From Bacteroidales bacterium (lineage in GTDB: Bacteria > Bacteroidota > Bacteroidia > Bacteroidales > UBA932), in assembly GCA_017450165.1 (NCBI GenBank), contig JAFSWO010000105.1, positions 13,131-77,130 of the forward strand: DNA of 64,000 nucleotides. The letters run 5' to 3'. Position numbers and translations under genes: made by a program. The notes below the pieces were generated by a model. It was not told the DNA's origin. It was given only the letters and a program-made list of their open reading frames with translations, and did no database searches. This document shows, one piece after another, positions 8,413-18,889 of this stretch (the first letter of the stretch is position 1; each line of letters begins with the position of its first letter).

Positions 8413-10160
8413 AGCGATTGTGTATAGACTTTTTTCAGGAGCCTCACATACGCTCCGTAATAGATGGTAATATCATAAATGGGCTCGTAAGTATTGGAAA
8501 GGAGGCGCAAAGATGTCATCGTATGAGAGCCAAATGCATAGTTGTAATTCATGGAGAGATAGTACAACACCGCGCCGTAAGCACCTGTGGCTGCCCTACC
8601 CCGGGATCCAATCGCGGAAAAACCCGTTACGTTCCCTTTGTTTACATGCATTTTTTCTATCAGCTCCGCTGTATAATCCTCATTGCTCATTTCGCGAATA
8701 TCCTTTTGTATCACATAGCCCAACAATTGCGAAAAGTCATCTTTGGATGGAATACTCCACCCCTCGGGAGAAAGCCTGTCTTCCTTGACAAAATCAGCCC
8801 GAGCCGTGTCCGTAAAAGTAATACTCTGGCCCACTATGGCGGAATAGTTGTAGAGGCAACCATACTGAGCCCGGATTGCCTGGGCTTCCGGAACATTTGC
8901 GTCCTCATAGGTATTTGCAGAACCTGTTGCGGAAACGAGGCACATCGGCTGCAGCTGACCGGTTGACCGTGCCGCCCATTCTTCCGCGTTAAATCCTGTC
9001 GGAATAGGGGTCCCGTCTTTCTGACGGGAAGATGCGAAATTGCTCTTGATCCAATATTGCATGCCGATCTTGACGATTGCGTACTCAAAGTACTCTGACG
9101 TGTTACCTGCGGAATCGGCAGCGCCGCTACGATGATCCTTAAGTGTATATGGTTCGCAAATGGCAATTGTCGCGCCCTCATATCCGGAACCGGACAGATC
9201 GACCGCCTCCGGATAGGTAGAACCAGCCGAAAGGAAAACCGTCGTCACACCCGAGGCGGTCCCAAGCTCTACAAGCGCAATCATGTCGGACCCTTTTGTC
9301 TCATGATTTGAAGCGATATTCCAGGTGACAGCGCCTCCGTTTTCGCAGATAAATCCCTTGGTAAAATCCGGAGCCCCATTGAAATAGGGATAAATAACCG
9401 TGTATGAACCATCTACGATTGGATTGCTACCCTCCGGGCGCGTTTTGTAAAGATACTCCCGGCAAACAAGGCCTACCGGGTTTCCGGTATCTGGATCTTT
9501 CGCCTCATAAACAGGCCATTGGCCCAGATTGAGAGAATTAAGAGATATCAAATAGGATTTGCCAGCGGAAGAAAGTTGTGTAATGGAAACCGAGGTCTGT
9601 ACCTGCACAGAGGAAATACTCACTTCCGTGGTTCGTTGGGCGCCGGTATTCTCCGTCACTGTGAGGTAAAGCCAGCCCTCTTCAAATCGAAGAGCTGTTA
9701 ACCAATCGGCGGAACAGGATAGCGAAACCTCCTCCGGAAGAAGATTGGAAGAGACGGGAACCCGATATTCGCCGGCAGCGGCGTCTATTGGATTGTTTGT
9801 GGCATAAAAATCAAAATGGCGGCGATAATCTTGTTCAACACCCAACGTAATGAAAGAGGTTCCGGACCAGATCTTTACGTGAGAGTTTCGCGGTGCTGCA
9901 TCTTCGTTAGCACACACAGTAACTACAAAGGTTTGGAATCCTTCACAATAACAGGAAATCCATGTATCAGAAGTAGGAGTCGTCGGTTCTCCACCCTTTC
10001 CGCTGGTGGTAACAGTAAAGGTTTGCGCATCACCTGAAAGATGAACGGATGCACCGTCATAGGAAGCCACAGAAACGGCCTCAATATGAATACTATCGGG
10101 TTCCTCGGAACAAGAAACGGCAACCGCCAAAGCCACAAACCAAGTCAGATATTTCTTCAT
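8409..10160 (-). CDS. Lipoprotein with two BACON-like domains and a FISUMP (Fibrobacter succinogenes major paralogous) lectin-fold domain
   Basis: The start is trimmed to MKKYLTWFVALAVAVSCS. The BACON-like signature is TWISCYCEG..VTVCANEDAAPRNSHVKIW. The FISUMP signature is MQYWIKSNF...YGCLYNYSA...PEGWSIPSKDDFSQLL. Confidence 0.8.
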   Translation of the reverse strand: MKKYLTWFVALAVAVSCSEEPDSIHIEAVSVASYDGASVHLSGDAQTFTVTTSGKGGEPTTPTSDTWISCYCEGFQTFVVTVCANEDAAPRNSHVKIWSGTSFITLGVEQDYRRHFDFYATNNPIDAAAGEYRVPVSSNLLPEEVSLSCSADWLTALRFEEGWLYLTVTENTGAQRTTEVSISSVQVQTSVSITQLSSAGKSYLISLNSLNLGQWPVYEAKDPDTGNPVGLVCREYLYKTRPEGSNPIVDGSYTVIYPYFNGAPDFTKGFICENGGAVTWNIASNHETKGSDMIALVELGTASGVTTVFLSAGSTYPEAVDLSGSGYEGATIAICEPYTLKDHRSGAADSAGNTSEYFEYAIVKIGMQYWIKSNFASSRQKDGTPIPTGFNAEEWAARSTGQLQPMCLVSATGSANTYEDANVPEAQAIRAQYGCLYNYSAIVGQSITFTDTARADFVKEDRLSPEGWSIPSKDDFSQLLGYVIQKDIREMSNEDYTAELIEKMHVNKGNVTGFSAIGSRGRAATGAYGAVLYYLSMNYNYAFGSHTMTSLRLLSNTYEPIYDITIYYGAYVRLLKKVYTQSL

Positions 10161-10165
10161 GTCTG

Positions 10166-10609
10166 TTACCTCCATATGATTTCATCGTTGCCCCAAACGG
10201 TTATCGGTAGAATAGAGGGTTTGGGTTCGTAAGCCGGGATATACAGAAAATCCTGTACGATATTGATGCGAGAAACGTTTTTCCCAATAACCACATCTAC
10301 CCAGGATGATCGCTCAGACTTACTATTATTAGGCTTAACAATAACATAAAGATCATCAACAACACTTATGAACGAACACCACGACACATCAAGATTACAC
10401 CTCATCTGCCAAGCGTTCGCATTAACCTTGTGATTTACATGTACAATGACTGTGTCTCTTTCTGCCGGGAAGAAGATGGTACCGTCATTCCAATAAGCGT
10501 TCGTGCATTCCAGCGAAAAATCGTTATCTGGCTGGATTAGATTCTCTCCCTCATCACAGGAGCAAAAGAGGGCCAAGCCGGCTATTATTGTGATTAATAG
10601 TTTTTTCAT
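10166..10609 (-). CDS. Small BACON-like lipoprotein
   Basis: The start is trimmed to the ATG at 10609 (MKKLLITIIAGLALFCSC lipobox). It contains VSWCSFISVVDDLYVIVKPNNSKSERSSWVDVVIG. It begins 13 nt after the susD-like stop. Confidence 0.7.
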   Translation of the reverse strand: MKKLLITIIAGLALFCSCDEGENLIQPDNDFSLECTNAYWNDGTIFFPAERDTVIVHVNHKVNANAWQMRCNLDVSWCSFISVVDDLYVIVKPNNSKSERSSWVDVVIGKNVSRINIVQDFLYIPAYEPKPSILPITVWGNDEIIWR

Positions 10610-10622
10610 CTCTTTAAGCTCT

Positions 10623-12194
10623 TTAATAAACATCGTCATTAACCTCAACTCGATCGCTATAGGCAGCATACCCGGGATTCTGCTGAGACCGAATCGCTTT
10701 ATTGGCTGTCATCTCATCCAATGGAATAGGATACACAGCCCGAATCCCCAAACCGGTCGGATTGCCGAATGTTATAGTAGCAGCACTCGTGATACATCCA
10801 ACAATCGGTCGTCCCGTAATGTTCCTCCCATTGCGGAACCAGTCAAAATAATTCTGTCCCTCCAACATAAATTCCCTACGGCGCTCGTCCAAAATATTAT
10901 CCAAAGAGGATACGGAAGGTGCGTTATCGCGGCGGCGGACAGACGTTACTCTGGATAGCATCTCTTTTGCCGCGTCATAATTGGCTCTTTTGTAATAGGC
11001 TTCTGCCAAATTGAAGTAGATTTCCGGAAGGCGGACGACAGGCACGTTGTGAACACTGTGATATGGGTCGCCTACATACTTACGCAACGTCAACTCATCA
11101 CTGAACGGAATGCCTAGTGTACAGATGAGATAGCGCCGCACATCGGAATCATACGCACATAGGCACTCAACCGCTGATGACGCTGTGCCGGTGGTCAAAC
11201 CCAGCTTGGCATAGCCGACATCTTTACTCACAGTACCGTCAAGGGGAGAACCTGGAATATTGTAAGTCTGTTTGCGAACCCAGTAATTGATGGAGTTTCC
11301 TCCAAGGTTGTCCGTCTCTGAATATTTGATCTCCCAAATTCTTTCGCTGTTGTACGGCTTATAATACTGTGATGAATAACCCTCGTAGGAAATCATCGTA
11401 TAATTTCCCTCATAAAGATTAAGCCACTTCTTGCCGAGGTCGACCACGCTCTTATAATCTTCCATATAGAGAGCAACCCGAATACGCAACGCGAGAGCTG
11501 CGGCCGGCCCAATGTGCCCCCGTTCTGTTTCCGTATCCTCAAGAAGCTCGAACGCCTTATCCATGTCTGCGGCCACCATCATCCAGCATTCGTCCGCAGA
11601 AGAACGCGTGATAACGTGATCTTTGACATCGAAAGACATAGCCATCGTATTGATGATTGGGACTCCGAGTGCTAGATTTTCCGAATAAGAGCTACCCCAA
11701 GTGCAGCTGTATTTTGGCGGATAGGAGAAACAGCGCAACAGATCAAAATAGGCGAGAGCCCTAAGCGCATACGCCTGACCCTTAATCTTTCGGAGTTCCG
11801 ACACGTCGCCTGTAGCGTTATTGATAGATTCAAGTAGAATAGTGCTATTTCTGATAACATTATAACACCTGAGCCAGAGGTTGCGCGGATTTCCATTGAT
11901 ATTGGCCGCCGTAGTGTATGCATTTTCTGTTTTAAACGAAAAGCCGCCACCAACATCTCGCATATAGAAATCAGGACTCTTGACAGCATCATAAAGGTAA
12001 AGCAAGGCCCCGTAGTACTGGTAGCTCGAGACATCGTCATAGATGCCCGTCAGAAGAAGATCCAACCCTTTCTGGGTGGTTTTAACCGTTTCCCCTTCAA
12101 GACCAGTGTAGGAGGGCTTATCCAAAAGCGATTCGCAGCTATGGCAAAATAGGAGAATCGCAGAACAGAATAGTATCGCAAAGAATCGTTTCAT
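10623..12194 (-). CDS. SusD/RagB family nutrient-binding outer membrane lipoprotein
   Basis: Lipobox LFCHSCE and an all-helical TPR-like composition. It begins 10 nt downstream of the SusC-like gene, and its 523-aa length is typical of the family. Confidence 0.9.
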   Translation of the reverse strand: MKRFFAILFCSAILLFCHSCESLLDKPSYTGLEGETVKTTQKGLDLLLTGIYDDVSSYQYYGALLYLYDAVKSPDFYMRDVGGGFSFKTENAYTTAANINGNPRNLWLRCYNVIRNSTILLESINNATGDVSELRKIKGQAYALRALAYFDLLRCFSYPPKYSCTWGSSYSENLALGVPIINTMAMSFDVKDHVITRSSADECWMMVAADMDKAFELLEDTETERGHIGPAAALALRIRVALYMEDYKSVVDLGKKWLNLYEGNYTMISYEGYSSQYYKPYNSERIWEIKYSETDNLGGNSINYWVRKQTYNIPGSPLDGTVSKDVGYAKLGLTTGTASSAVECLCAYDSDVRRYLICTLGIPFSDELTLRKYVGDPYHSVHNVPVVRLPEIYFNLAEAYYKRANYDAAKEMLSRVTSVRRRDNAPSVSSLDNILDERRREFMLEGQNYFDWFRNGRNITGRPIVGCITSAATITFGNPTGLGIRAVYPIPLDEMTANKAIRSQQNPGYAAYSDRVEVNDDVY

Positions 12195-12204
12195 CTCAGT
12201 GTCA

Positions 12205-15200
12205 TTAAAATCTTATGGAAAAGCCGAGTGTGAAGGTTGCAGCAGTTGGATAGCGATCCTGTTGCCTGTAACCCGATGTCGTCATTTCGGGGTCATAGTT
12301 TTTGAGTGCACATAGAATAAGGGCGTTCTCAGCCTGGAGGTATGCCGAGGCGGAAACGGCTTTCATTGCTTTGGCAAATCGGTTCGGTACAGCCCAGGTA
12401 AGACGGGCTGAATTCAGTTTGAGGTAATCTCCCTTGTAGAGGTAACGGGTTGTATTGGTGGCCCGGCTCTGACCATTAATACGCAACGGGTTAGCTGCAT
12501 CTTTGTGATCCGGTGTCCAACGGTCCAGCATTGAACGATCCATCACGACACTATAGGAGCCATCATTGTTGTGAAGAGAGGCGCCCATACTGTCGAATAA
12601 ATAGTGTCCCAATCCATAGGTGAACGAAAGATCCAGCGTTAACCTGGAATATCTCAGGGCGGATTTGATGCTTCCGTACACTTTCGGGACGCCTTGTTTA
12701 TTGTATTTGTAAGGCCCAGCCGTCGTTGACTTGTATTTATTACCATTCTCGTCCGTATTCCAGTACAAGCAGTATCCTGTATCGGGGTCGATTCCGGCGA
12801 ACTCAATCAGATACCACGTATGGACGTTAAGTCCATTGGCAATAATCTGACGCTGCGCATCATCTAGATAAGAATCCTCCAAGCCGTAGTAAACGCTGCT
12901 GAGCGTGCTCATATTGAAGTTCAAATCCCATTTCACTTTGCTGGACTGGATTGCTGTTCCTTTGACGGTAAGTTCAATACCTCTATTATTGATACCGGCT
13001 TCTGTGTTCCTGAGCATCGTCCGGTAACCGGATGTCTCAGAGACCAACTCATACCGAAGCAGGTTGTTGGATTTTCGCTGAAAGTACTCCAGCCCGACGG
13101 TAAGCCGGTTCCCGAAAAACGCCGCATCGACACCTGCATTCCAGACGGTATTGCCCTCCCAGGTAAGATCAGGACGGTGGCGATAGGTACTGATTACGCC
13201 GACCTCCCCGTCGTAACGGGTCGTGTCAAAAATCTCTCGCCAATACGCGCGTGCGGCGGGCTGGTTTCCATTAATGCCGTAACTACCTTTAATCTTGAGC
13301 AGGTTGATATCTCTGAGAAAACGACGCATGAAGGGCTCCTTTGAAAGGTCCCAGCCGCCGGAAAGAGACCAGAAATTACCAGCTCGGTATCCAGGGGCAA
13401 ACCGCGAAGAGTAATCCCGTCGGAAGGATGCTCCCATAATATAACGATTCTTGAGGGTGTACCCCCCCGTTGAGATTAAACTCAGCAATGCGGAGCCTGT
13501 TCTTGTTCCGGTATAATCGGAAATGCTTGACGCGCTGCTCAGATACGGGAAGCCGTCATCTGCAAAGTCTTGTGAAGCAAGATAGAGCAGTCTGTCATCG
13601 ATATCCTCAATTTCTACGCCTATGGTTCCAGTCAATTGGTGCTTTTTCCCAAATTGTTTGTCAATTTGAAGGAGTGAAGCTCCTGTCACTTTGGTGCTCT
13701 CGTTATACCGTTCCTGCAAGCGGCCATTCAACATATAACCACCGCCGAAGGTACTTGTATAATAGGTCATGCGATGCGTCTGATTCCATCGAACCGCTGC
13801 TCGGTTTTCCCATTTTAGCCAGGGCGCTATCTTCCAAATTACATCGCCGTTGATCTGGAGCGTAATCGCCGGACGACTATTGCTGAAAAGCTCTGCCGTA
13901 GCTAACGGATTATTATTGGAATTAAGAAGATTGCCGGGAAAATGAAGATTATAACTACCATCCTCCAGATAGGCCGGAACCACGGGAGGTATGCAATTAG
14001 CCGCATACATGGGCGACATATAAAGTGTTCCTCCGTAGAGAGGACCATCCTGAGTGGAGTGGGCAGCATAACTATTAATGCTCCAATTCACTTTCTTGCT
14101 CTTGGCGCTTTGATTAAGCTTCATTCGGAAAGCCAGACGCTCGAGTGAAGAGTTCTTGATGGTACCCTGTTGGTCCAGGTATTCCAAAGAGGCATAATAA
14201 CCGATATTGGCAAAACCGCCGCTCACCTGCAGTGAATTCTTCGTATAGACGGCTGTTCGAGTGATGGCATCATACCAATCAACATTCGGCAGTTTATCAT
14301 AATTGTCTCCGAAATAATCATAATAGGTATAGCTACCATTCGGAGCGGGCATTACGTAATAGGTGTTGAACGACTCGCGGGCGAGTTTCTGCCAGGCATA
14401 GTAGTTCTTTCCGTCGAAGTTATGGCCCGTCTTGTCTGCATAGAGTGCATTCAATTCTTCAACCAACATTCTCCGCTGGGTGAGAGTGGATGATGTCGTA
14501 CCGCGGATAACATTGTAAATCATACGATTCATTTCTCCTTCCACCCAAAGCTCTGCATACTCGCGCGCATCGACCAGATCTGGTTGATAAGCCATTATGG
14601 AGATACCATTGGTTGTCCTGAAGTCAATCCGCATCTTCTCTCCCGTCTTTCCCTGTTTCGTCGTGATGACTATCACGCCATTGGCGCCACGTGAGCCGTA
14701 TAGTGCAGCGGAAGATGCATCTTTAAGAACAGTAAAGCTCTCAATATCCGAAGAGTTCAGCGCAGCCAGAGGGTTATCGGTGATATTCTCGCTACCAGAA
14801 AGATTGTCTTGTTCCCAGACAACTCCATCCACAACAAACAGCGGTTGGTTAGAACCTTCCAACGAACCAAATCCTCTCAGCAAAATGTCCCCCGGATCGC
14901 CCGGCTGTCCCGCCGTCACCGCGAGGGCGCCTACAACGTTGTCGCGAATGGATTCCTCAAATACTCCGATAGCCCTGTTTTCGAAAGTGGCGTTGGCAAC
15001 AGTAACTGCACTACCTGTATAGGATTCTTTTGCAATTGTTCCGTAGCCGGTAACCACGGCACTCTCCAACGTACGAACTTCCTCCTTGAGGACGATGTCG
15101 ACCAGAGTTTTTCCCTGTACTTGTACCCGCTGAGTCACCATGCCGGCGAGTATTACATCGAATGCAGAGTCCTCAGCAATTTTCAGCAGAAATTCTCCCT

Positions 15201-15390
15201 TCTCGTCCACATATGTGTAATTGCTGGTTGAACCAACTTCAACAACTACGGCTCCCGGCAGGGCGAGACCTGCCTTATCCATAACGTGACCTCTCACTGA
15301 AATGACCTTGGGTTGAGAATTCTGGCCAAAGGCATGGAAAGACATCAGCGCCAATAGACAAACCGTCACAATCCTTTTGAATGATACCAT
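12205..15390 (-). CDS. SusC/RagA family TonB-dependent outer membrane transporter
   Basis: It has a signal peptide, a carboxypeptidase-regulatory-like N-domain (VRGHVMDKAGLALPGAVV) and a plug motif (VVTGYGTIAKESYTGS). It is 1061 aa and ends in an aromatic residue (..FSIRF). There is no STN domain. Confidence 0.95.
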   Translation of the reverse strand: MVSFKRIVTVCLLALMSFHAFGQNSQPKVISVRGHVMDKAGLALPGAVVVEVGSTSNYTYVDEKGEFLLKIAEDSAFDVILAGMVTQRVQVQGKTLVDIVLKEEVRTLESAVVTGYGTIAKESYTGSAVTVANATFENRAIGVFEESIRDNVVGALAVTAGQPGDPGDILLRGFGSLEGSNQPLFVVDGVVWEQDNLSGSENITDNPLAALNSSDIESFTVLKDASSAALYGSRGANGVIVITTKQGKTGEKMRIDFRTTNGISIMAYQPDLVDAREYAELWVEGEMNRMIYNVIRGTTSSTLTQRRMLVEELNALYADKTGHNFDGKNYYAWQKLARESFNTYYVMPAPNGSYTYYDYFGDNYDKLPNVDWYDAITRTAVYTKNSLQVSGGFANIGYYASLEYLDQQGTIKNSSLERLAFRMKLNQSAKSKKVNWSINSYAAHSTQDGPLYGGTLYMSPMYAANCIPPVVPAYLEDGSYNLHFPGNLLNSNNNPLATAELFSNSRPAITLQINGDVIWKIAPWLKWENRAAVRWNQTHRMTYYTSTFGGGYMLNGRLQERYNESTKVTGASLLQIDKQFGKKHQLTGTIGVEIEDIDDRLLYLASQDFADDGFPYLSSASSISDYTGTRTGSALLSLISTGGYTLKNRYIMGASFRRDYSSRFAPGYRAGNFWSLSGGWDLSKEPFMRRFLRDINLLKIKGSYGINGNQPAARAYWREIFDTTRYDGEVGVISTYRHRPDLTWEGNTVWNAGVDAAFFGNRLTVGLEYFQRKSNNLLRYELVSETSGYRTMLRNTEAGINNRGIELTVKGTAIQSSKVKWDLNFNMSTLSSVYYGLEDSYLDDAQRQIIANGLNVHTWYLIEFAGIDPDTGYCLYWNTDENGNKYKSTTAGPYKYNKQGVPKVYGSIKSALRYSRLTLDLSFTYGLGHYLFDSMGASLHNNDGSYSVVMDRSMLDRWTPDHKDAANPLRINGQSRATNTTRYLYKGDYLKLNSARLTWAVPNRFAKAMKAVSASAYLQAENALILCALKNYDPEMTTSGYRQQDRYPTAATFTLGFSIRF

Positions 15391-15567
15391 CGATAAGGTT
15401 TGAATAAAACGTAACTTCGGCTTACGCCATTATTTTGTTGGTAAAGATACATTTTTGTTTCCAATAAAAAAAGCTGTCTTAAAGAGGATTGACAAAATCT
15501 CCTTCTCTTTGACTGCAAGAAGGTTATCAATCTACGTAACCTTGATATCTATCATTTCCGAAAGGAG

Positions 15568-15714
15568 TTTCGCCAAAGTCGCGGAGAGTCACCGGCGTTC
15601 TGGGTTGCTGTAGGGCACATCTGCCTCCGCGAAGGGCCGATATCGAACAGTCGCGGAGGACGATAGGCATTCTGGAACTCTCCAGAGCTTATCGTCCTCC
15701 GCGACTTTGGCGAA
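15568..15714. repeat. 147-bp element bounded by perfect 19-bp inverted repeats, with a nested 16-bp hairpin
   Basis: tttcgccaaagtcgcggag (15568..15586) is the exact reverse complement of ctccgcgactttggcgaaa (15696..15714). Inside it, gtcgcggaggacgata (15650..15665) pairs with tatcgtcctccgcgac (15690..15705). A further ctccgcga copy lies at 15625..15632. Confidence 0.8.
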
Positions 15715-15739
15715 AATGGCGGGAGCGCCGCCTCTTAGA

Positions 15740-16555
15740 TTATTTCTTGACGTAGACGCCCTGCCAGGTGGTGTAGAGTTTGCCGTCGAAGAGACAGACA
15801 GCTATCGTCGTGGGGCTGAGACCGTACTGAGCGGGAACCCAGGTTTCAGCCTCGAGCGTTTCGGGATTGACCGTGTAGGTAGTGTACACGCCTTGGTTGT
15901 ACGCATAGGAGTACTGCAGCGTCGTAGGGGTCAGCGTGAGCATCACGCCCTTGTGTGACCAGGTTCCAACCTCCTTGGAGACAGCCAGCTGTCCGTTAAT
16001 CTCAAATACATTGTAAAACGTGTAATTCTTGCCTTTGATAACGACGCGGGTGTCAAGTTTGCCGTCATAATAATACTCCCAGGTACCGTCGAGGTCATTG
16101 GATTTGATGTTCTGCTCAAAGTCCTCTCGCATCATGATGACCGGACCGCCAAAAGCTTGCGCGCTCGACTGCATCATCCAGTCGCCTTCCCATTCCCACA
16201 GCGTAGCGCCTTTCATAAGAGGGCTAACCGTCACCGTACGGGGACCATTCCAACCGAAAATCTCGGCAGAGACGGAGATCAGTTTGCCGACATCCTCCTC
16301 CTCTTTGTAGGACTTCGGGGTCATCTTGATGACACCGTTGATGTAGGTATAGTCGCCGGCATCGATACGAATACCGCCGGCACCCATCCATTTCCATTCG
16401 TAGGTGCCGTTTGCGTTGAAAGTGGCGTTGAAGTAGTGATACTCGTCGCCGCGCATCATCCAGGTGCCCTCGATATCGGAGTCACCCTCGCCGCCGCATG
16501 CGCTCACGGTCAGCATGGCCAGAGCAGCCATTGCAAAAAGGATAAATCGTTTCAT
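15740..16555 (-). CDS. Lipoprotein of unknown function, lipocalin-like by repeat pattern
   Basis: The start is trimmed to MKRFILFAMAALAMLTVSACGG. It has repeated GTW...Y beta-rich segments: EGTWMMRGDEYHYF, DGTWEYYYDGKL and VGTWSHKGVML. Confidence 0.75.
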   Translation of the reverse strand: MKRFILFAMAALAMLTVSACGGEGDSDIEGTWMMRGDEYHYFNATFNANGTYEWKWMGAGGIRIDAGDYTYINGVIKMTPKSYKEEEDVGKLISVSAEIFGWNGPRTVTVSPLMKGATLWEWEGDWMMQSSAQAFGGPVIMMREDFEQNIKSNDLDGTWEYYYDGKLDTRVVIKGKNYTFYNVFEINGQLAVSKEVGTWSHKGVMLTLTPTTLQYSYAYNQGVYTTYTVNPETLEAETWVPAQYGLSPTTIAVCLFDGKLYTTWQGVYVKK

Positions 16556-16592
16556 AGTAGTTATGGTTATAAATATGGTTATTAAATAATGA

Positions 16593-17843
<1,251 letters not shown>

Positions 17844-17876
17844 ATTGTAAGAATGGTTCGTCCGGTTAAGCCGTTA

Positions 17877-17884
17877 CAAAAATA
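17877..17884 (-). promoter_or_regulatory. Candidate Bacteroidota -7 box (TATTTTTG) for pgk
   Basis: The plus strand reads caaaaata, which is TAnnTTTG on the minus strand. It lies 34 nt upstream of the pgk ATG. Confidence 0.45.
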
Positions 17885-17898
17885 CAAATAATAATCAA

Positions 17899-17906
17899 TA
17901 CTTTTG
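17899..17906 (+). promoter_or_regulatory. Candidate -7 box (TACTTTTG) for the methyltransferase-lgt-aldolase unit
   Basis: It matches TAnnTTTG and lies 20 nt upstream of the ATG at 17926. Confidence 0.45.
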
Positions 17907-17925
17907 CAAGCATAAACGCGCGCGC

Positions 17926-18837
17926 ATGACGATTGAACAACCCCCGCAATCCTGGCAGGATTATGAACTGATCGATTCCGGCAACTTCCGGAAGCTGGAA
18001 CGGTTCGGTCCGTACGTGATGATCCGGCCCGAGCCCAAGGCCCTCTGGGATCCGACGCTGCCCGAGAGCGAGTGGCGCGCCATGGCGCATACGGAATTCA
18101 AGCCGGGTGCCGGATTCGGCAAGGCCGGCAAGGAGGACAGCGGCACCTGGACCCCGCTTCGCAAGATGCAGGAACAGTGGACCATCGCCTATCCGCCGGT
18201 AGGACTTCGCCTGCGGCTCGGCCTGACCTCTTTCAAACATGTGGGCGTCTTCCCCGAGCAGGCCACCAACTGGGACTTTATCGTGCGCAACACGCGCGAG
18301 ATTGCCGAGGTGCGCGCCAAGGCCGGCGAGGGTGCCCCGAAAGTGCTGAACCTCTTTGCCTACACGGGTGCCGCATCGCTGGCAGCCTGCAAGGGTGGCG
18401 CCGACGTGACCCACCTGGATTCGGTGAAACAGGTGGTGACCTGGGCCCGCGAGAATATGGAACTCTCCGGCATGGACGGCATCCGCTGGATCGTGGAAGA
18501 TGCGCTTAAGTTTGCCCGCCGGGAGGTCCGTCGCGGCAACAAATGGCAGGGCATTATCCTGGATCCGCCGGCCTACGGACATGGCCCGGACGGCGAGCGC
18601 TGGAAACTGGACGAATGCCTGAACGAACTGCTCAAATGCTGCGCCCGGCTGCTGGCCCCGGAAAACAGTTTCCTGGTGCTGAATCTCTATTCCAACGGCT
18701 ATTCCGCGGTGCTGGCCGAGACGCTGGTCCGCACGGCTTTCGGCACGGACGGCCGTCTGGAATGCGGCGAATCGGTGCTTCGCGACCGCTACGGCAAGGC
18801 GCTCCCGCTGAGCGTATTCACGCGGCTGCGGCGCTGA
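17926..18837 (+). CDS. Class I SAM-dependent methyltransferase, RlmI/YcbY-like catalytic domain
   Basis: It contains LNLFAYTGAASLAA (SAM-binding loop) and GIILDPPAYG (the DPP motif). Confidence 0.8.
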   Translation: MTIEQPPQSWQDYELIDSGNFRKLERFGPYVMIRPEPKALWDPTLPESEWRAMAHTEFKPGAGFGKAGKEDSGTWTPLRKMQEQWTIAYPPVGLRLRLGLTSFKHVGVFPEQATNWDFIVRNTREIAEVRAKAGEGAPKVLNLFAYTGAASLAACKGGADVTHLDSVKQVVTWARENMELSGMDGIRWIVEDALKFARREVRRGNKWQGIILDPPAYGHGPDGERWKLDECLNELLKCCARLLAPENSFLVLNLYSNGYSAVLAETLVRTAFGTDGRLECGESVLRDRYGKALPLSVFTRLRR

Positions 18838-18889
18838 CCTCCGTCCCGCCGCTAACCATAATTAAACGTAACAAAACGGATAATAAGAT

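Noticed and set aside
15391-15567. A canonical TAnnTTTG promoter for susC.
   Set aside because: I found no exact match on the minus strand in this interval, only near-misses such as TATCTTTA and TACGTTTT, so no promoter feature is reported here.
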